Shown: positions 17,935-27,641 of the stretch, piece by piece
Layout of the letters: each line of letters begins with the position of its first letter
Numbering within the stretch: the stretch's first letter is position 1
From: Planctomycetota bacterium
Lineage (GTDB): Bacteria > Planctomycetota > UBA8108 > SXIK01
Assembly: GCA_965223265.1 (NCBI GenBank)
Contig: OZ244999.1
Span: forward strand, 320,001 to 384,000
Direction of reading: 5' to 3'
Length of the DNA stretch: 64,000 nucleotides
Translations under genes and position numbers: made by a program
Notes under the pieces: generated by a model
The model's input: only the letters and a program-made list of their open reading frames with translations
The model's database searches: none
What the model was told of the DNA's origin: nothing

Positions 17935-19686
17935 ATGAGCGAGCGACCTCTCCTCCGCGTTTTCGTCTCCTCAACCGCCGAGGATTTGAAGGATCACCGT
18001 GCCAGGGTTTTTGAGGCGCTGCTCTTGTTGGGGGATCTACCAGTCGCCATGGAGGCGTTCGGCGCCGACCCGGGTGATCCCGTCGAGGTGTGCCGCGAGC
18101 GCGTGCGGGAGTGTGACATCCTCATCGTCCTGGTCGGCCGTCGCTACGGATGGGTTCCACGTGCGGATGAAGGCGGCGACGACCGGCGAAGCATCACGTG
18201 GATTGAAGTCGACACCGCGCTGGAAGCCGGGAAGCCCGTGTTCGCCTTTCTCGAAGTCGCGGATCCTTCAGCGGCGGAACCTGCAGAAGACGGCCCCGCG
18301 ATCGGGCGACTGCGGGAATTCCGGGAATTTCTAGAGCGGGACGCTCGCCTGACCCGCGACGTGTTCACGACTCCGGACAATCTCGGCATGAAGGTAGCCA
18401 CGAGCGTTTCCGGAGCGATCCGACCGTCGCGTGGCCGCCTTCGTGTGTGGATCGCCGCGACGGTTGTCTTGCTTGTTGGCCTCGTTTGCGAGTGGCTGCA
18501 GGTCTTCAGCGGCTCGATCGACCCTGCAACGGACGATTTGGTCATGGGCTACGCGGAACGACTCGATCCGACTTCAGTCGACGATCGCATCGCGATCGCA
18601 ATGATTGATCAGCACACCATTGATGCATTCGGCGTCGAGTTCGGACCGAGCTGGCGCGCCTTCCATGCAGAGTTCGTTTCTCGACTCTCACGTGCGAGGG
18701 CACACGTCATCGCCTTTGATATCTTCTTTCCTTCGCCGACGGAACATGACCTCTCGTTCCGCGACGCGATCAAGTCGGCTCGGAGTATAGGTTGCCGCGT
18801 GGTCGTCGGCGTTGCTGAGTGGGGCGAGCAGCAACCGCAACTCTCCGAGATTCTCCGCAGCGAAGTGAGTGGATTCGGATCGCTCTGCACGACGGAGAGG
18901 AAAGGGGCGGAGAGGTTCGTGTCCGGAGCTCTCGAATCCCGCGGTCGATCGATCGTTCCAGCCTTTGCTGTCAGCGTGTTTGCCGCGGCAGGCGAGTACG
19001 ACGACTTCGCTATTATGGAGATCGGTGACCGCCCACCGAGGATGAAGGTCTCTCTCGGCGGAGAGGAGCTTTGGTGGCGTGTTTTCGAGACGATCGAAGT
19101 CACAGAGCGAGATAAGGAATCGCCTACGCGTGGAGGGGTCGAAGCCATTGGCTGCCCGCTCGAGTCGGTTGGCGACAAAGTCGCGCTCCTCGCATTCGAG
19201 CCGACCGCTCGGGAGGCGATCGGCTCACGAATCTTAAAGTACGAGGATCTCATTTCGGCGTCGGAGTCTGATCTCGCCCGCATGATCAGTGGCAAGATTG
19301 TCTTCGTCGGCGTCGACTCCGCTGTGGAGGAAAGGCGCGTTACCTATGCTCTTTCGAAAGAGTCTCGTCTGGGGGTAAGGATTCATGCTGATGCGTTGAA
19401 TACGCTTCTAGCGAAACGCCTCCTCCACCCGGCTGGGCACGATGTGCAGATCGTCCTCCTAGTTGTGAATAGTTTCATCGGCGCGTGGCTCGTCAAGGTG
19501 CGCCTTGCATGGCTGAGGCTGCTTGGGATCTTGGGTATGACCGGTGGCGTCGTCGCCGTCGCGCTCTTTCTTCATGTCGGCTATGCAATCGTGCTTCGAC
19601 CTGTGTATCCGCTCTTTGCCCTTTACGCGGCGGCCACTGCCACTTGGTTTTCCCGGCCGCGCTGGAGGGGCATTGGAAACCGGTAG
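17935..19686 (+). CDS. DUF4062 (TIR/DRHyd-like) - TM - CHASE2 - 3TM membrane receptor
   Basis: RVFVSST..DL...R, MEAFGA, DI.I.LVG.RYG, SIT.IE...A...GKP; one TM; IAIAMIDQ.TI, VIAFDIFF, GKIVFVG, GV.IHA.ALNTLL (CHASE2); three C-terminal TMs. Confidence 0.88.
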   Translation: MSERPLLRVFVSSTAEDLKDHRARVFEALLLLGDLPVAMEAFGADPGDPVEVCRERVRECDILIVLVGRRYGWVPRADEGGDDRRSITWIEVDTALEAGKPVFAFLEVADPSAAEPAEDGPAIGRLREFREFLERDARLTRDVFTTPDNLGMKVATSVSGAIRPSRGRLRVWIAATVVLLVGLVCEWLQVFSGSIDPATDDLVMGYAERLDPTSVDDRIAIAMIDQHTIDAFGVEFGPSWRAFHAEFVSRLSRARAHVIAFDIFFPSPTEHDLSFRDAIKSARSIGCRVVVGVAEWGEQQPQLSEILRSEVSGFGSLCTTERKGAERFVSGALESRGRSIVPAFAVSVFAAAGEYDDFAIMEIGDRPPRMKVSLGGEELWWRVFETIEVTERDKESPTRGGVEAIGCPLESVGDKVALLAFEPTAREAIGSRILKYEDLISASESDLARMISGKIVFVGVDSAVEERRVTYALSKESRLGVRIHADALNTLLAKRLLHPAGHDVQIVLLVVNSFIGAWLVKVRLAWLRLLGILGMTGGVVAVALFLHVGYAIVLRPVYPLFALYAAATATWFSRPRWRGIGNR

Positions 19687-19696
19687 AGGAAACTCC

Positions 19697-21346
19697 ATGC
19701 AATTCGCACGGCAAGCCATCTTTGGACTCCTGTTGTTCACGGGCGCATGCGCCCCGAGAGTCGACTCGATTGTGGTCCGCGGTAAGCTGGCCGAGGCAGG
19801 TGAGTCAGTGGATGTCCAAGTCGTTCGCGACAAGGAGCTTGTCGACGTAGAGCCCGGGATGAAGCTCAAAGAGGCCGATGTGCTGACAACAGGCTCTGAC
19901 CACACGGTGAAAGTCACAACGCGGGAAGCGGATTTTACTGTGTACCCGAGATCTACCATGACGCTCGGCGACAAGGAGGTGATCACTGACATCGCCACGA
20001 TTGCGATCAGTGCTCGCAAGGCGGTACGCGCACGGAGCTCGTCCACGGTATCTGGGACTCGCGGCACCGAATATTTTTTCGAGGAACTCGTGCTCGGCGA
20101 TCAGAGAACGGTCAAGGTCACCGTCATTTCCGGCGTTGTCTCCGTCAGCTCTCCGACGAACGCCTTTTCGGAGTTGACGCTGAGGCCTCGCGAGCAGGTC
20201 GTCGTCGCCGCGAAGCCGGAGCCAGTGCGGACGCTCGGCGCGAAAGAGTTCAATGACTACGTCAACAAGCAAAATGATGTTCAAAGGGTGATCGGGAAAG
20301 GCGCGAAGTTTCTCATGCCCGGCGTGGTTGGTCAGCCCGAGCCCGACGCGAACGGCCTTCTCTCTCAATGGGGGTTCGCAATCAATCGTGTCCCGACGAT
20401 CGAGGGTAATGAGGATCAGATGGGGAAGGTTGTTCGTCAGGACCCCGACGCTGGCACGAGGGTCAACCCAACCGGCGTCACCGTTCGGTTGCACGTCCGT
20501 GTGCGTGCTGTTGACGTGCCGAGCGTAATCGGGCTGAGCTTGTCCGAGGCTCGTAGAGTACTGCACGAGGCCGAACTGGTAGGCGAGCGCGCCGGGGAGT
20601 CGATCTCTGGCCAGTTCGCGGCGGGTGAGGTAAATAGCCAAGAGCCATCCGCATCGGCTCAGGTCCCCGAAAGTACCACCGTGCGGTTGATCGTTGAAGC
20701 CGAGTCAGTCGTCGTGCCTGATGTTCGCGGCATCGATCTCGACAGTGCCAGGCGAACGGTAGCTGAAGCAAGGCTCGAATTGAACGTCGGCGGGGAGAGC
20801 TTCCGCGCGGGCATCGAGCGTCCCGAGGTCGAGCGTCAGAAGCCAGCCGCCGGAGCGCGTGTGAGTCCTGGCACCGTGGTGTCTGTCGACGTCCTCAACC
20901 CCGGGTTCGCCGTTCCTCGACTGATCGATCTGAGCCGCCAAGCCGCCGAGCGTGCCTTAGCGGAAAACGGACTCCGGCTGGGACGTGTCACTGAAGAGCA
21001 CAGCACGCGTTACAAGGCGGGACGTGTCCTACACCAGGCGTACGGCGCGGATACTCTCTTGGGAAGCGGCGCGTCCGTCGACATCGTCGTCTCGAAGGGA
21101 CCGGAGCAGTGCAGCGTGCCTCAGCTCGCCCCATATCGGCGCAGCGATGGCCGCTGGCAGTATACCTACCTCCCTGAAGCTCGACAGAAGCTCGCTAGTG
21201 CCGGACTGCAGCTTGTGATTCGTGGTTCGGCTCCCCCTCGCGACAGAGAGGGCAAGTATTACGTCCAGGAGCAGGACATATCGCCGAATAGTCGAGTCGA
21301 CTGCGGCAGTCCTGTTGGTGTGCGCCTTCTGAGAGTCGTGGAGTGA
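19697..21346 (+). CDS. Lipoprotein with FecR domain and five PASTA repeats
   Basis: Lipobox LLFTGA-C; GM.L...D.L.TG, GTRGTEY, V.VISG.VSV (FecR); five VP.V.G.....A...L...GL...Q.P..G..V repeats; GAGG RBS. Confidence 0.88.
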   Translation: MQFARQAIFGLLLFTGACAPRVDSIVVRGKLAEAGESVDVQVVRDKELVDVEPGMKLKEADVLTTGSDHTVKVTTREADFTVYPRSTMTLGDKEVITDIATIAISARKAVRARSSSTVSGTRGTEYFFEELVLGDQRTVKVTVISGVVSVSSPTNAFSELTLRPREQVVVAAKPEPVRTLGAKEFNDYVNKQNDVQRVIGKGAKFLMPGVVGQPEPDANGLLSQWGFAINRVPTIEGNEDQMGKVVRQDPDAGTRVNPTGVTVRLHVRVRAVDVPSVIGLSLSEARRVLHEAELVGERAGESISGQFAAGEVNSQEPSASAQVPESTTVRLIVEAESVVVPDVRGIDLDSARRTVAEARLELNVGGESFRAGIERPEVERQKPAAGARVSPGTVVSVDVLNPGFAVPRLIDLSRQAAERALAENGLRLGRVTEEHSTRYKAGRVLHQAYGADTLLGSGASVDIVVSKGPEQCSVPQLAPYRRSDGRWQYTYLPEARQKLASAGLQLVIRGSAPPRDREGKYYVQEQDISPNSRVDCGSPVGVRLLRVVE

Positions 21347-21945
21347 ATTTCTGCGGCGGTCACGACCGTCGCTCCGCGGTACACTCGCGCGGCACTTGGT
21401 CGGCACACTGGTCTGGGGCCGCGAGCCGGCAGTGAATCTACGTACGTTGATCTCTGCCACGTCGCCTTCGGGAGCCACGAAGGCGCGCCCCTCAATCGAT
21501 GTCGGCTTCCGGCGTGGTCTCGTCTTAGCCGGCGATCGTCTATCTTGACGACGAACAAGAGCAGAAATAGCCAAACTAGACGATAGGCTAGACCTCAATC
21601 TACGAACTCTTTTTGATGACACGCCGCTGTTTTTTTTTCGATTCCGAGGGTCATTCGCGCTGTCTCCTGTCAGTCTGACCGTATTTCCTGGCCTGTTGGG
21701 AAAAGACTTGCGCCGAGCGCGCCTCTTCGCGACACTGCGAACGTGGACTACGGTCCATCGGCACGAGTGTTGGGGCGCGATCAGGAGGTTGTTGCAGGAC
21801 GCGGGCTCTTGGGATTTGGCGCAGTCATGGTGTCGTCTCGACCATCGGGCAGCCGATCGCCTTGTTCCTTCGCCTCGACGACCGTCTCAGTGTGGTCCGG
21901 CTAGTCGATGGCCGAGCATAACGAGAGTCTAGGGGAGGTGAACCA

Positions 21946-23076
21946 ATGAGTTGGATCGAATCGCTCGAACCAAACGCTCAGCAGCAGCGAAAGTTGCTTG
22001 CACTCGACGGCGGAGGCATCCGAGGAATCATGACGATCGAGATCCTTGCTGGACTCGAGCGCATGCTGCGCGACGAAACCGGCGGTGGAGAGGACTTTGT
22101 CCTCGCCGATTACTTCGACGCCATCGCCGGCACCAGCACAGGCGCGATCATCGCTGCATGTTTATCGCGTGGTATGTCAGTTGAGAGCGTGCGCCGCTTC
22201 TATATCGATAGCGGGCCTGACATGTTTCAAAAGGCCAATCTTTTTCGGCGTTTCCGTTACAAATACGAGGACGACAAGCTTGCCGCGAAGATACGAGACG
22301 TTGTCGGTGCCGACGCGACGCTCGGAGACCCGTCGCTGCGCACCATCCTCATGATGGTCCTGCGGAACGCCACGACGGATTCACCGTGGCCGTTGTCGAA
22401 CAATCCCAAGGCGAAATACAACGACCCTGGTCGCGGCGACTGCAACTTGCAGCTTCCACTTTGGCAGTTGATTCGCGCCAGTACCGCGGCGCCGACGTAT
22501 TTCCCACCTGAAGTGATCGAATTCGACAACGGAAGATATGAGTTCGTCTTCGTCGATGGCGGAATTACACCCTACAACAATCCCGCCTTTCAGCTCTTCC
22601 TCATGTGCACCATTCAGCCGTACCGGCTTCAGTGGCCGACCGGAGAAGACAAAATGCTTTTGGTCTCCGTCGGTACCGGGACGAATCCAGAGGCGAACGC
22701 TGACTTGGCGCCCGGCGATATGAATTTGTTCTACAACGCCGGTTCGATTCCCTCGGCTCTCATGTTCGCAGCGCTCAACGAGCAGGATCTGCTCTGCCGG
22801 GTCTTCGGCAACTGTCTTTCCGGCGAGTCCATCGATCGTGAGGTGGGCGACTTGAGAAATATTCCAGCGCTGGGCGATGAAAAGCTGTTCACCTACATGC
22901 GTTACAACGCGGAGTTGTCTGAGGACGGACTGAAGCGCCTGGATTTGCCCGACGTCAAACCGGACGACGTCGCAAAACTCGATTCCATTCGGCATATCGA
23001 GGACTTGCAGCGGATCGGTACGCGCGTCGCCGAACGCGATCTCGACAAAGCGCACTACGCCGCATTCTTGAGTTGA
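21946..23076 (+). CDS. Patatin-like phospholipase
   Basis: LALDGGGIRG, GTSTG nucleophile elbow, RASTAAPTYFPP, FVDGG; GGAGG RBS. Confidence 0.95.
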   Translation: MSWIESLEPNAQQQRKLLALDGGGIRGIMTIEILAGLERMLRDETGGGEDFVLADYFDAIAGTSTGAIIAACLSRGMSVESVRRFYIDSGPDMFQKANLFRRFRYKYEDDKLAAKIRDVVGADATLGDPSLRTILMMVLRNATTDSPWPLSNNPKAKYNDPGRGDCNLQLPLWQLIRASTAAPTYFPPEVIEFDNGRYEFVFVDGGITPYNNPAFQLFLMCTIQPYRLQWPTGEDKMLLVSVGTGTNPEANADLAPGDMNLFYNAGSIPSALMFAALNEQDLLCRVFGNCLSGESIDREVGDLRNIPALGDEKLFTYMRYNAELSEDGLKRLDLPDVKPDDVAKLDSIRHIEDLQRIGTRVAERDLDKAHYAAFLS

Positions 23077-23157
23077 CGCTGCTTTGTCTCTAAACGGGGC
23101 GTGCAACGAGCTCGTGGGAAACCGCCCCGCTCTCTTACTGATCGAAACGGAGGCGTG

Positions 23158-24468
23158 ATGAACGAACAGGTCAGAGCGATACGCGATCAGCAGCAAGTAG
23201 AGCTTCAGCAGCGCTGGCTCAAGTTTGCCCCGGTGCCGCCGGAGCGTGGAACGAACTCTTATGACGTCTTCATCAGCTACCGGTCTTCGGATCGCGAATG
23301 GGCCATGGCGCTTTACGACGCACTCGAGATGGCGGGCTGGAAGGCGTTTCTGGATCAGTACGAGCTCGTTCCCGGGAGCGACCTGGAAACAGCGCTCACG
23401 GAAGCGCTCGAAGCGAGCTCGTCCGGCGTGATCCTCTGGTCGAGTCGGACGGAGGACTCGGAGTGGTGCAAGCGCGAGCGCAGGGCCATGCGATCGCTGA
23501 AGGACCAGTCGGCGTCGTTTCACTACCTTTTTGCAAAACTCGACACTAAGCCGCTGCCGCGGTTTGCTCAAGCCGATCTCTACACCGACTTCGAGGATAG
23601 CCCGGAGGGACCGCGTGGCGTTCACCTGCTGCAGCTCATGTGTGGGATGCGTGGCGTCAAATTGGCGCCAGAAGCGGTGGCGATGGCGCAGCAGGTCGAT
23701 CAGAACGCAAAGGAGATGTTGGTGGCCATACGAGGTGCGTTCCAAGGGGACAATGCGGACCGCCTCCTTGAGCTCGGCACGTCGGGAGAACCTGGCGTGC
23801 TCGCGTCACCGACACCCATGCTGGAGGCGGCCCAGGGCTTGATCAGCATGGGACGAGTTGATGCCGCACTCGAGGTGCTACAGCACGCGCACGCGTACTT
23901 TCCCAAGTCGATTCGGGTGCGGCAGCTCGAGGGGCTCGCGCTGCGCCGAGCGGAGAAGTATCAGGAAGCCATCGATGTCCTCTCCGAGCTGAAAGCCGCG
24001 GGGCACCAGGATCCTGAGACCATGGGGATCCTGGCGGCGGCTTGGGATGGCCGCTACCGCGAGTCCGGCAAGTTGCTACACCTCCGCAAGTCGCGCGAGC
24101 TGTACCGTACGGCCTTTCAGGCCGACCCGACGGACTATTACACAGGGATCAACGCCGCGTCGAAGTCGCTCTTTCTCAGCGAGGCGGACGAAGCGTCGCG
24201 GCTCGCCGCCGAGGTTCTTCCTTTGGTCGAAACGGCCGTCGACGGCGAAGATTTTTACGCCGGCTGCACGTTGGGTGAGGTCCACCTCTTGCAGAAGAAT
24301 GTGGGATCTGCGGCGGCGCTGTATCAGAAGGTCGTCGACAAGCACTTCGAGCGAGCTGGCGACCTTCGCGGAACGCGACAACAGGCAGCAAGAATCTGCG
24401 CAGCGCACGAGCTAAGTGTGGAGGAGACTGAGAAGGTGTTGACGCCGTTCGCGTTGATCGAAGAGTGA
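23158..24468 (+). CDS. TIR domain + TPR (MAP3K TRAFs-binding / TPR-S-like) protein
   Basis: YDVFISYR...FLDQ.EL.PG...SEWCKRE; C-terminal QL.GLAL.R, DPET.GIL, Y..AF..DP.DYYTGINAA, TLGE..LL. Confidence 0.88.
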   Translation: MNEQVRAIRDQQQVELQQRWLKFAPVPPERGTNSYDVFISYRSSDREWAMALYDALEMAGWKAFLDQYELVPGSDLETALTEALEASSSGVILWSSRTEDSEWCKRERRAMRSLKDQSASFHYLFAKLDTKPLPRFAQADLYTDFEDSPEGPRGVHLLQLMCGMRGVKLAPEAVAMAQQVDQNAKEMLVAIRGAFQGDNADRLLELGTSGEPGVLASPTPMLEAAQGLISMGRVDAALEVLQHAHAYFPKSIRVRQLEGLALRRAEKYQEAIDVLSELKAAGHQDPETMGILAAAWDGRYRESGKLLHLRKSRELYRTAFQADPTDYYTGINAASKSLFLSEADEASRLAAEVLPLVETAVDGEDFYAGCTLGEVHLLQKNVGSAAALYQKVVDKHFERAGDLRGTRQQAARICAAHELSVEETEKVLTPFALIEE

Positions 24469-24622
24469 CGTATGTCGTCGAGCTGTGAGATGGCCAACTC
24501 GTTTGATCCGTCTGTTGTGAGAGAGTCTGCGGCCGAAGTTTCGTGTCGGCGGACGACGACCACCATGCTTCAATCGCTTCAGCCGTGCTTTCAGTGTGCT
24601 GGGTGTCTTCGCGAGTCGTGAT

Positions 24623-26164
24623 ATGAGACAGCGCTATCGGCCTCAGTTCGACCTTGACACGTGGCGCCGGATGCTCGACGCGAGCGACCAAGCCTGGTCA
24701 GCCGTCGTGACGTCTGTGCGCAGGGACTCGGCTTACGCCTTCATTGCAGCTTTTACGGTGTGGCCGGCGATCGACGCGATCCGATCAGGTGACAAAGCCG
24801 CTCTCGCCCTGCTGCGTCGCTTGTTGCCGTCAACCGGTGAACAGCTTGCGTCGCTGCTGGCGGACTGCTCGGACGAGCTCGAGGCCGCTAAACGGCTCGA
24901 TGAGGTTTTGCGCTCACAGCGGTGGCTCTACGACGTGCTGGACCTCTTGATCGAAGAGCTCGGCTCGATGGAGCTCGTCTTGAGGCAGGCGGCAGGCGGC
25001 GAGCGACGTCACGAGTTTTTCATACTCGCGAGCGAGCTGCGCGCACGCCGACGAGGACGAACACCTGCGGACCCGGGTCGTCGCTCGGCGCGAAGAGGGC
25101 GTGCTCGCACTTTCGACGAAGAAGCTCCTTCGGCCGCTCGCGAGGCGCCTCCGGTCTTTCGCGAGGCGTTCACCGACGGCGCGGCAGAAGAGTCTCCAGC
25201 ATCTGAATCGGGAGAGGAGATCGCGGAAACAGAAGCCGCGGTAAGCGAAGCGGGAGCCGGTGAAGCCGCAGCCTCCGAGGGTGCCGATACTGGTGTGATT
25301 CCACCCGCACCACCCGACCCGGTTCTCCTCGGCGCCTCCGCTCCCAGCGCCGTTCAGCCCGGCGATGAGTTCACCGCGCGCTGCGTCGCCTACGTCGAGG
25401 CGCACGAGCCTAAGATCCGCGAGATTCTCACCAGCCTTAGTCCGCGCTCCCCTCAGCACCTCGGTCTGAAGAAGTGTCGCTGGCAGCGTGGGACCCCCGT
25501 TACCGTCATCTGCGAAGGAAGGCACCTGAACGTCGACGAACCCGCGCGTGAGTTCGTTTGGGACGGCGAGTTTGCCTTGGTCGAATTCGACGTCACGGTC
25601 GCGGAGTCTGCGCCTGATGGAACAACGGTCCTCAAGTTCAATGTCGCCGTCGATGGCGTTCGGCTTGCACGACTGCGCGTCGACTTGCAAGTCTCGTCTG
25701 CGAAGCAGTCGAGCGATCCTCAATTTATCGAGGCGCGCCCAGCTGAAACCGCGTTCGCTTCCTACGCCTCCGAAGATCGCCCGCGCGTTCTCGATCGAGT
25801 CTCAGCGGTCAAGATCAGCGCCGGACTCGACGTCTTTCTGGATTGTGTCTCGCTGCGTGTCGGCGAGGAGTGGAAGCCAGCTCTGCTACGTGAGATCGAT
25901 GGCCGCGATCTTTTTCTTCTCTTCTGGAGTAAGAACGCACGTACTTCAGACTGGGTCGAATGGGAGTGGCGAACCGCTCTGGAGAGCAAGGGGCGCGAGG
26001 CGTTCCAGTTCCATCCACTGGACACCCCGGACGACGCGCCGCCGCCCCAGGAGCTGAAGGGACTCCACTTCGGCGACCCGCTTGTGGTGCTGCGGCGTGA
26101 TGCGCAGGAGCGGCGCAAGAAGGCAGGCGGTGATGCGGATTCGAAGGGCTCTGGAGATCGGTGA
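24623..26164 (+). CDS. Multidomain protein with C-terminal TIR domain
   Basis: Helical N-terminus, acidic Ala/Glu linker, beta-rich domain, then AFASYASEDR...DVFLD..SLR.GE.W...LFLLFWS..A..S.WVEWEW..AL; start uncertain (24596 or 24623). Confidence 0.85.
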   Translation: MRQRYRPQFDLDTWRRMLDASDQAWSAVVTSVRRDSAYAFIAAFTVWPAIDAIRSGDKAALALLRRLLPSTGEQLASLLADCSDELEAAKRLDEVLRSQRWLYDVLDLLIEELGSMELVLRQAAGGERRHEFFILASELRARRRGRTPADPGRRSARRGRARTFDEEAPSAAREAPPVFREAFTDGAAEESPASESGEEIAETEAAVSEAGAGEAAASEGADTGVIPPAPPDPVLLGASAPSAVQPGDEFTARCVAYVEAHEPKIREILTSLSPRSPQHLGLKKCRWQRGTPVTVICEGRHLNVDEPAREFVWDGEFALVEFDVTVAESAPDGTTVLKFNVAVDGVRLARLRVDLQVSSAKQSSDPQFIEARPAETAFASYASEDRPRVLDRVSAVKISAGLDVFLDCVSLRVGEEWKPALLREIDGRDLFLLFWSKNARTSDWVEWEWRTALESKGREAFQFHPLDTPDDAPPPQELKGLHFGDPLVVLRRDAQERRKKAGGDADSKGSGDR

Positions 26165-26385
26165 GGTGCCGACACGTACCCTTGGGCGTTGGCAATTTCG
26201 GTAGTGAAGGTCACACGTTCGATCAGGAGCGTGGAGCGACGCACACCACCTCCTCAAGTCGGGGAAGAAAGCGCCTCCGCCGACCAACGCTCATCGATTC
26301 CGTGTACACCGATCGCACTACGCATCGGTTCGGCAGAAGCGGAATTCGATTGAAGTCGAAGTCAACTGGGGAAATACTGCGAATG

Positions 26386-26536
26386 TTAACGAGCCTATTG
26401 AAAAGTGCGTCGAGCTGAAACTGGTCGCTTTGCGTCCAGATCGGCAGCCGCGAACGTGGGTAATCTCCGAGATTTTCAGGGCGCACCGCGACCGGACTGG
26501 TTTCTCAGCCGAATGACTTTTCAACGGGCTGGTTAA
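26386..26536. mobile_element. MITE-like element (151 bp) with terminal inverted repeats
   Basis: Left TTAACGAGCCTATTGAAAAGT versus reverse complement of right end TTAACCAGCCCGTTGAAAAGT (18/21 identical); TTAA at both outer ends; no transposase. Confidence 0.65.
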
Positions 26537-26553
26537 ACGCCAGAGGAACGCGC

Positions 26554-27069
26554 ATGGCATTTCAACTCGCGCGCAGTGGCAAGGCTAGGCTGGTCGACAG
26601 CTCGCCACCTGTGGGGAAGTCGAGCAGATCGATTCCGGGAGTGTCCGTCCTTCAGCTCCGACGCGGGACGCGGGGACATGTCATTTCACCTGTGCTCGAT
26701 GTTCGGAGGATCCAGAGAAAATGTTCCTGCGAGGGGAATTGCCCTCGTTGTGCGCACACCAACGTGCAGGTGAGCCAGCCGGGCGATCGGTACGAGCTCG
26801 AAGCTGATCGCGTTGCCGAAGAAGTGATCTGGAGGTCCGAGCCGGTAGAGAAGGCGGGTCATGGATTCGTGCAGCGCTTCACGGGGAGGGGCGTTCAACG
26901 GAAGTACAAAAGCCACGAGTCGCAGCCGCAATTCGTCGAAAACCGGAGAGAAGAACTGCGAGGATCGCGGGCTGAAGTAGCGGAACCCGTACGTGACGTG
27001 TTGCGCTCATCGGGTCGTCCGCTGTCTGACCCTTGTCACAACCGCTGGAGATCTACCGGAGGCGCGTAA
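26554..27069 (+). pseudogene. Truncated eCIS-core (DUF4157) protein, N-terminal part only
   Basis: IQRKCSC.G.CPRC, VSQPGD.YE.EADRVAE.V, VQR repeats, V.DVLRSSGRPL; similarity stops where the DUF4157 domain would begin. Confidence 0.75.
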
Positions 27070-27413
27070 GTCACTGAGCACGGCGTGCACCGTCGAACTC
27101 GCAACGAGCTCGATGCTCCACGCAAGGCTGAACGTAGATTCGCTGCGGTGATGCCCCCCATTGGAAGGCCAAACCCAAGGTTGATGGAAGCGGTGTCTTC
27201 CGGCGTGTCCCAGCCTCGACTCGAGCTCGGCAAAAGCTCAGCGAATTGAGACCTCAACTGAAGCGCATTGAGTGAGAACCCGCAGAACCTCCCGATATAG
27301 GCATAGAATATGTTCCCTGGCAAATCGTGCTCGAAACACGTTCCGATGGACACTGTTGGGTCGCCAGAGCACTGCGGGGGACAGTGGGCACTCGAAAGAT
27401 TCGACCGGTTCAA
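27036..27413 (-). pseudogene. Orphan polymorphic toxin C-terminus, Ntox44 (toxin 44)-like
   Basis: D.PGNIFYAYIG..CGFS...LQ....AE......WDTPEDTASINLG matches the Ntox44 GNxxYxYxG...DxxxD pattern; no credible start or N-terminal carrier. Confidence 0.65.
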
Positions 27414-27422
27414 GACAGAACT

Positions 27423-27626
27423 CTAACGTAACGACTTGGCGGGGCGGCACCGACTCTGAGGATGCGGTCCGACGCGGGGAACCTGCCCGGCACGCCGAGC
27501 GAAAGCCCGGGCACCGTAGTTCCAGTTACCGCCGCGAAGGACCCGGTCCCTCGAGCCCGACCGACGAACAGGAATTCTCCCCCCGCTTCGGGTGCCATAG
27601 AAGTCTGCATCCCAGGGGCGCCTCAA
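27423..27626 (-). pseudogene. Degenerate FGE-sulfatase (SUMF1/CLec) C-terminal fragment, paralogous to 31178-31385
   Basis: WDADFY...RVLRGGNWNY...RPAKSLR-stop; shares nucleotide blocks ctgggatgcagactt, accgggtccttcgcggcgg and cgccccgcca.gtcgttacg with the intact gene; several small deletions. Confidence 0.85.
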
Positions 27627-27641
27627 GATCCCAATCGATCA

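Noticed and set aside
22381-23745. 454-aa minus-strand ORF
   Set aside because: Antisense shadow of the patatin and TIR-TPR genes with no recognisable motifs; common in high-GC DNA.
21946-24468. Canonical CBASS or Thoeris system
   Set aside because: No CD-NTase and no ThsA-type SIR2/SLOG or Macro-TM gene recognised.
27423-27626. DGR template repeat
   Set aside because: Mismatches to the intact gene are not confined to adenines of this copy, it has indels, and no reverse transcriptase is nearby; it fits a decayed paralogous target better.
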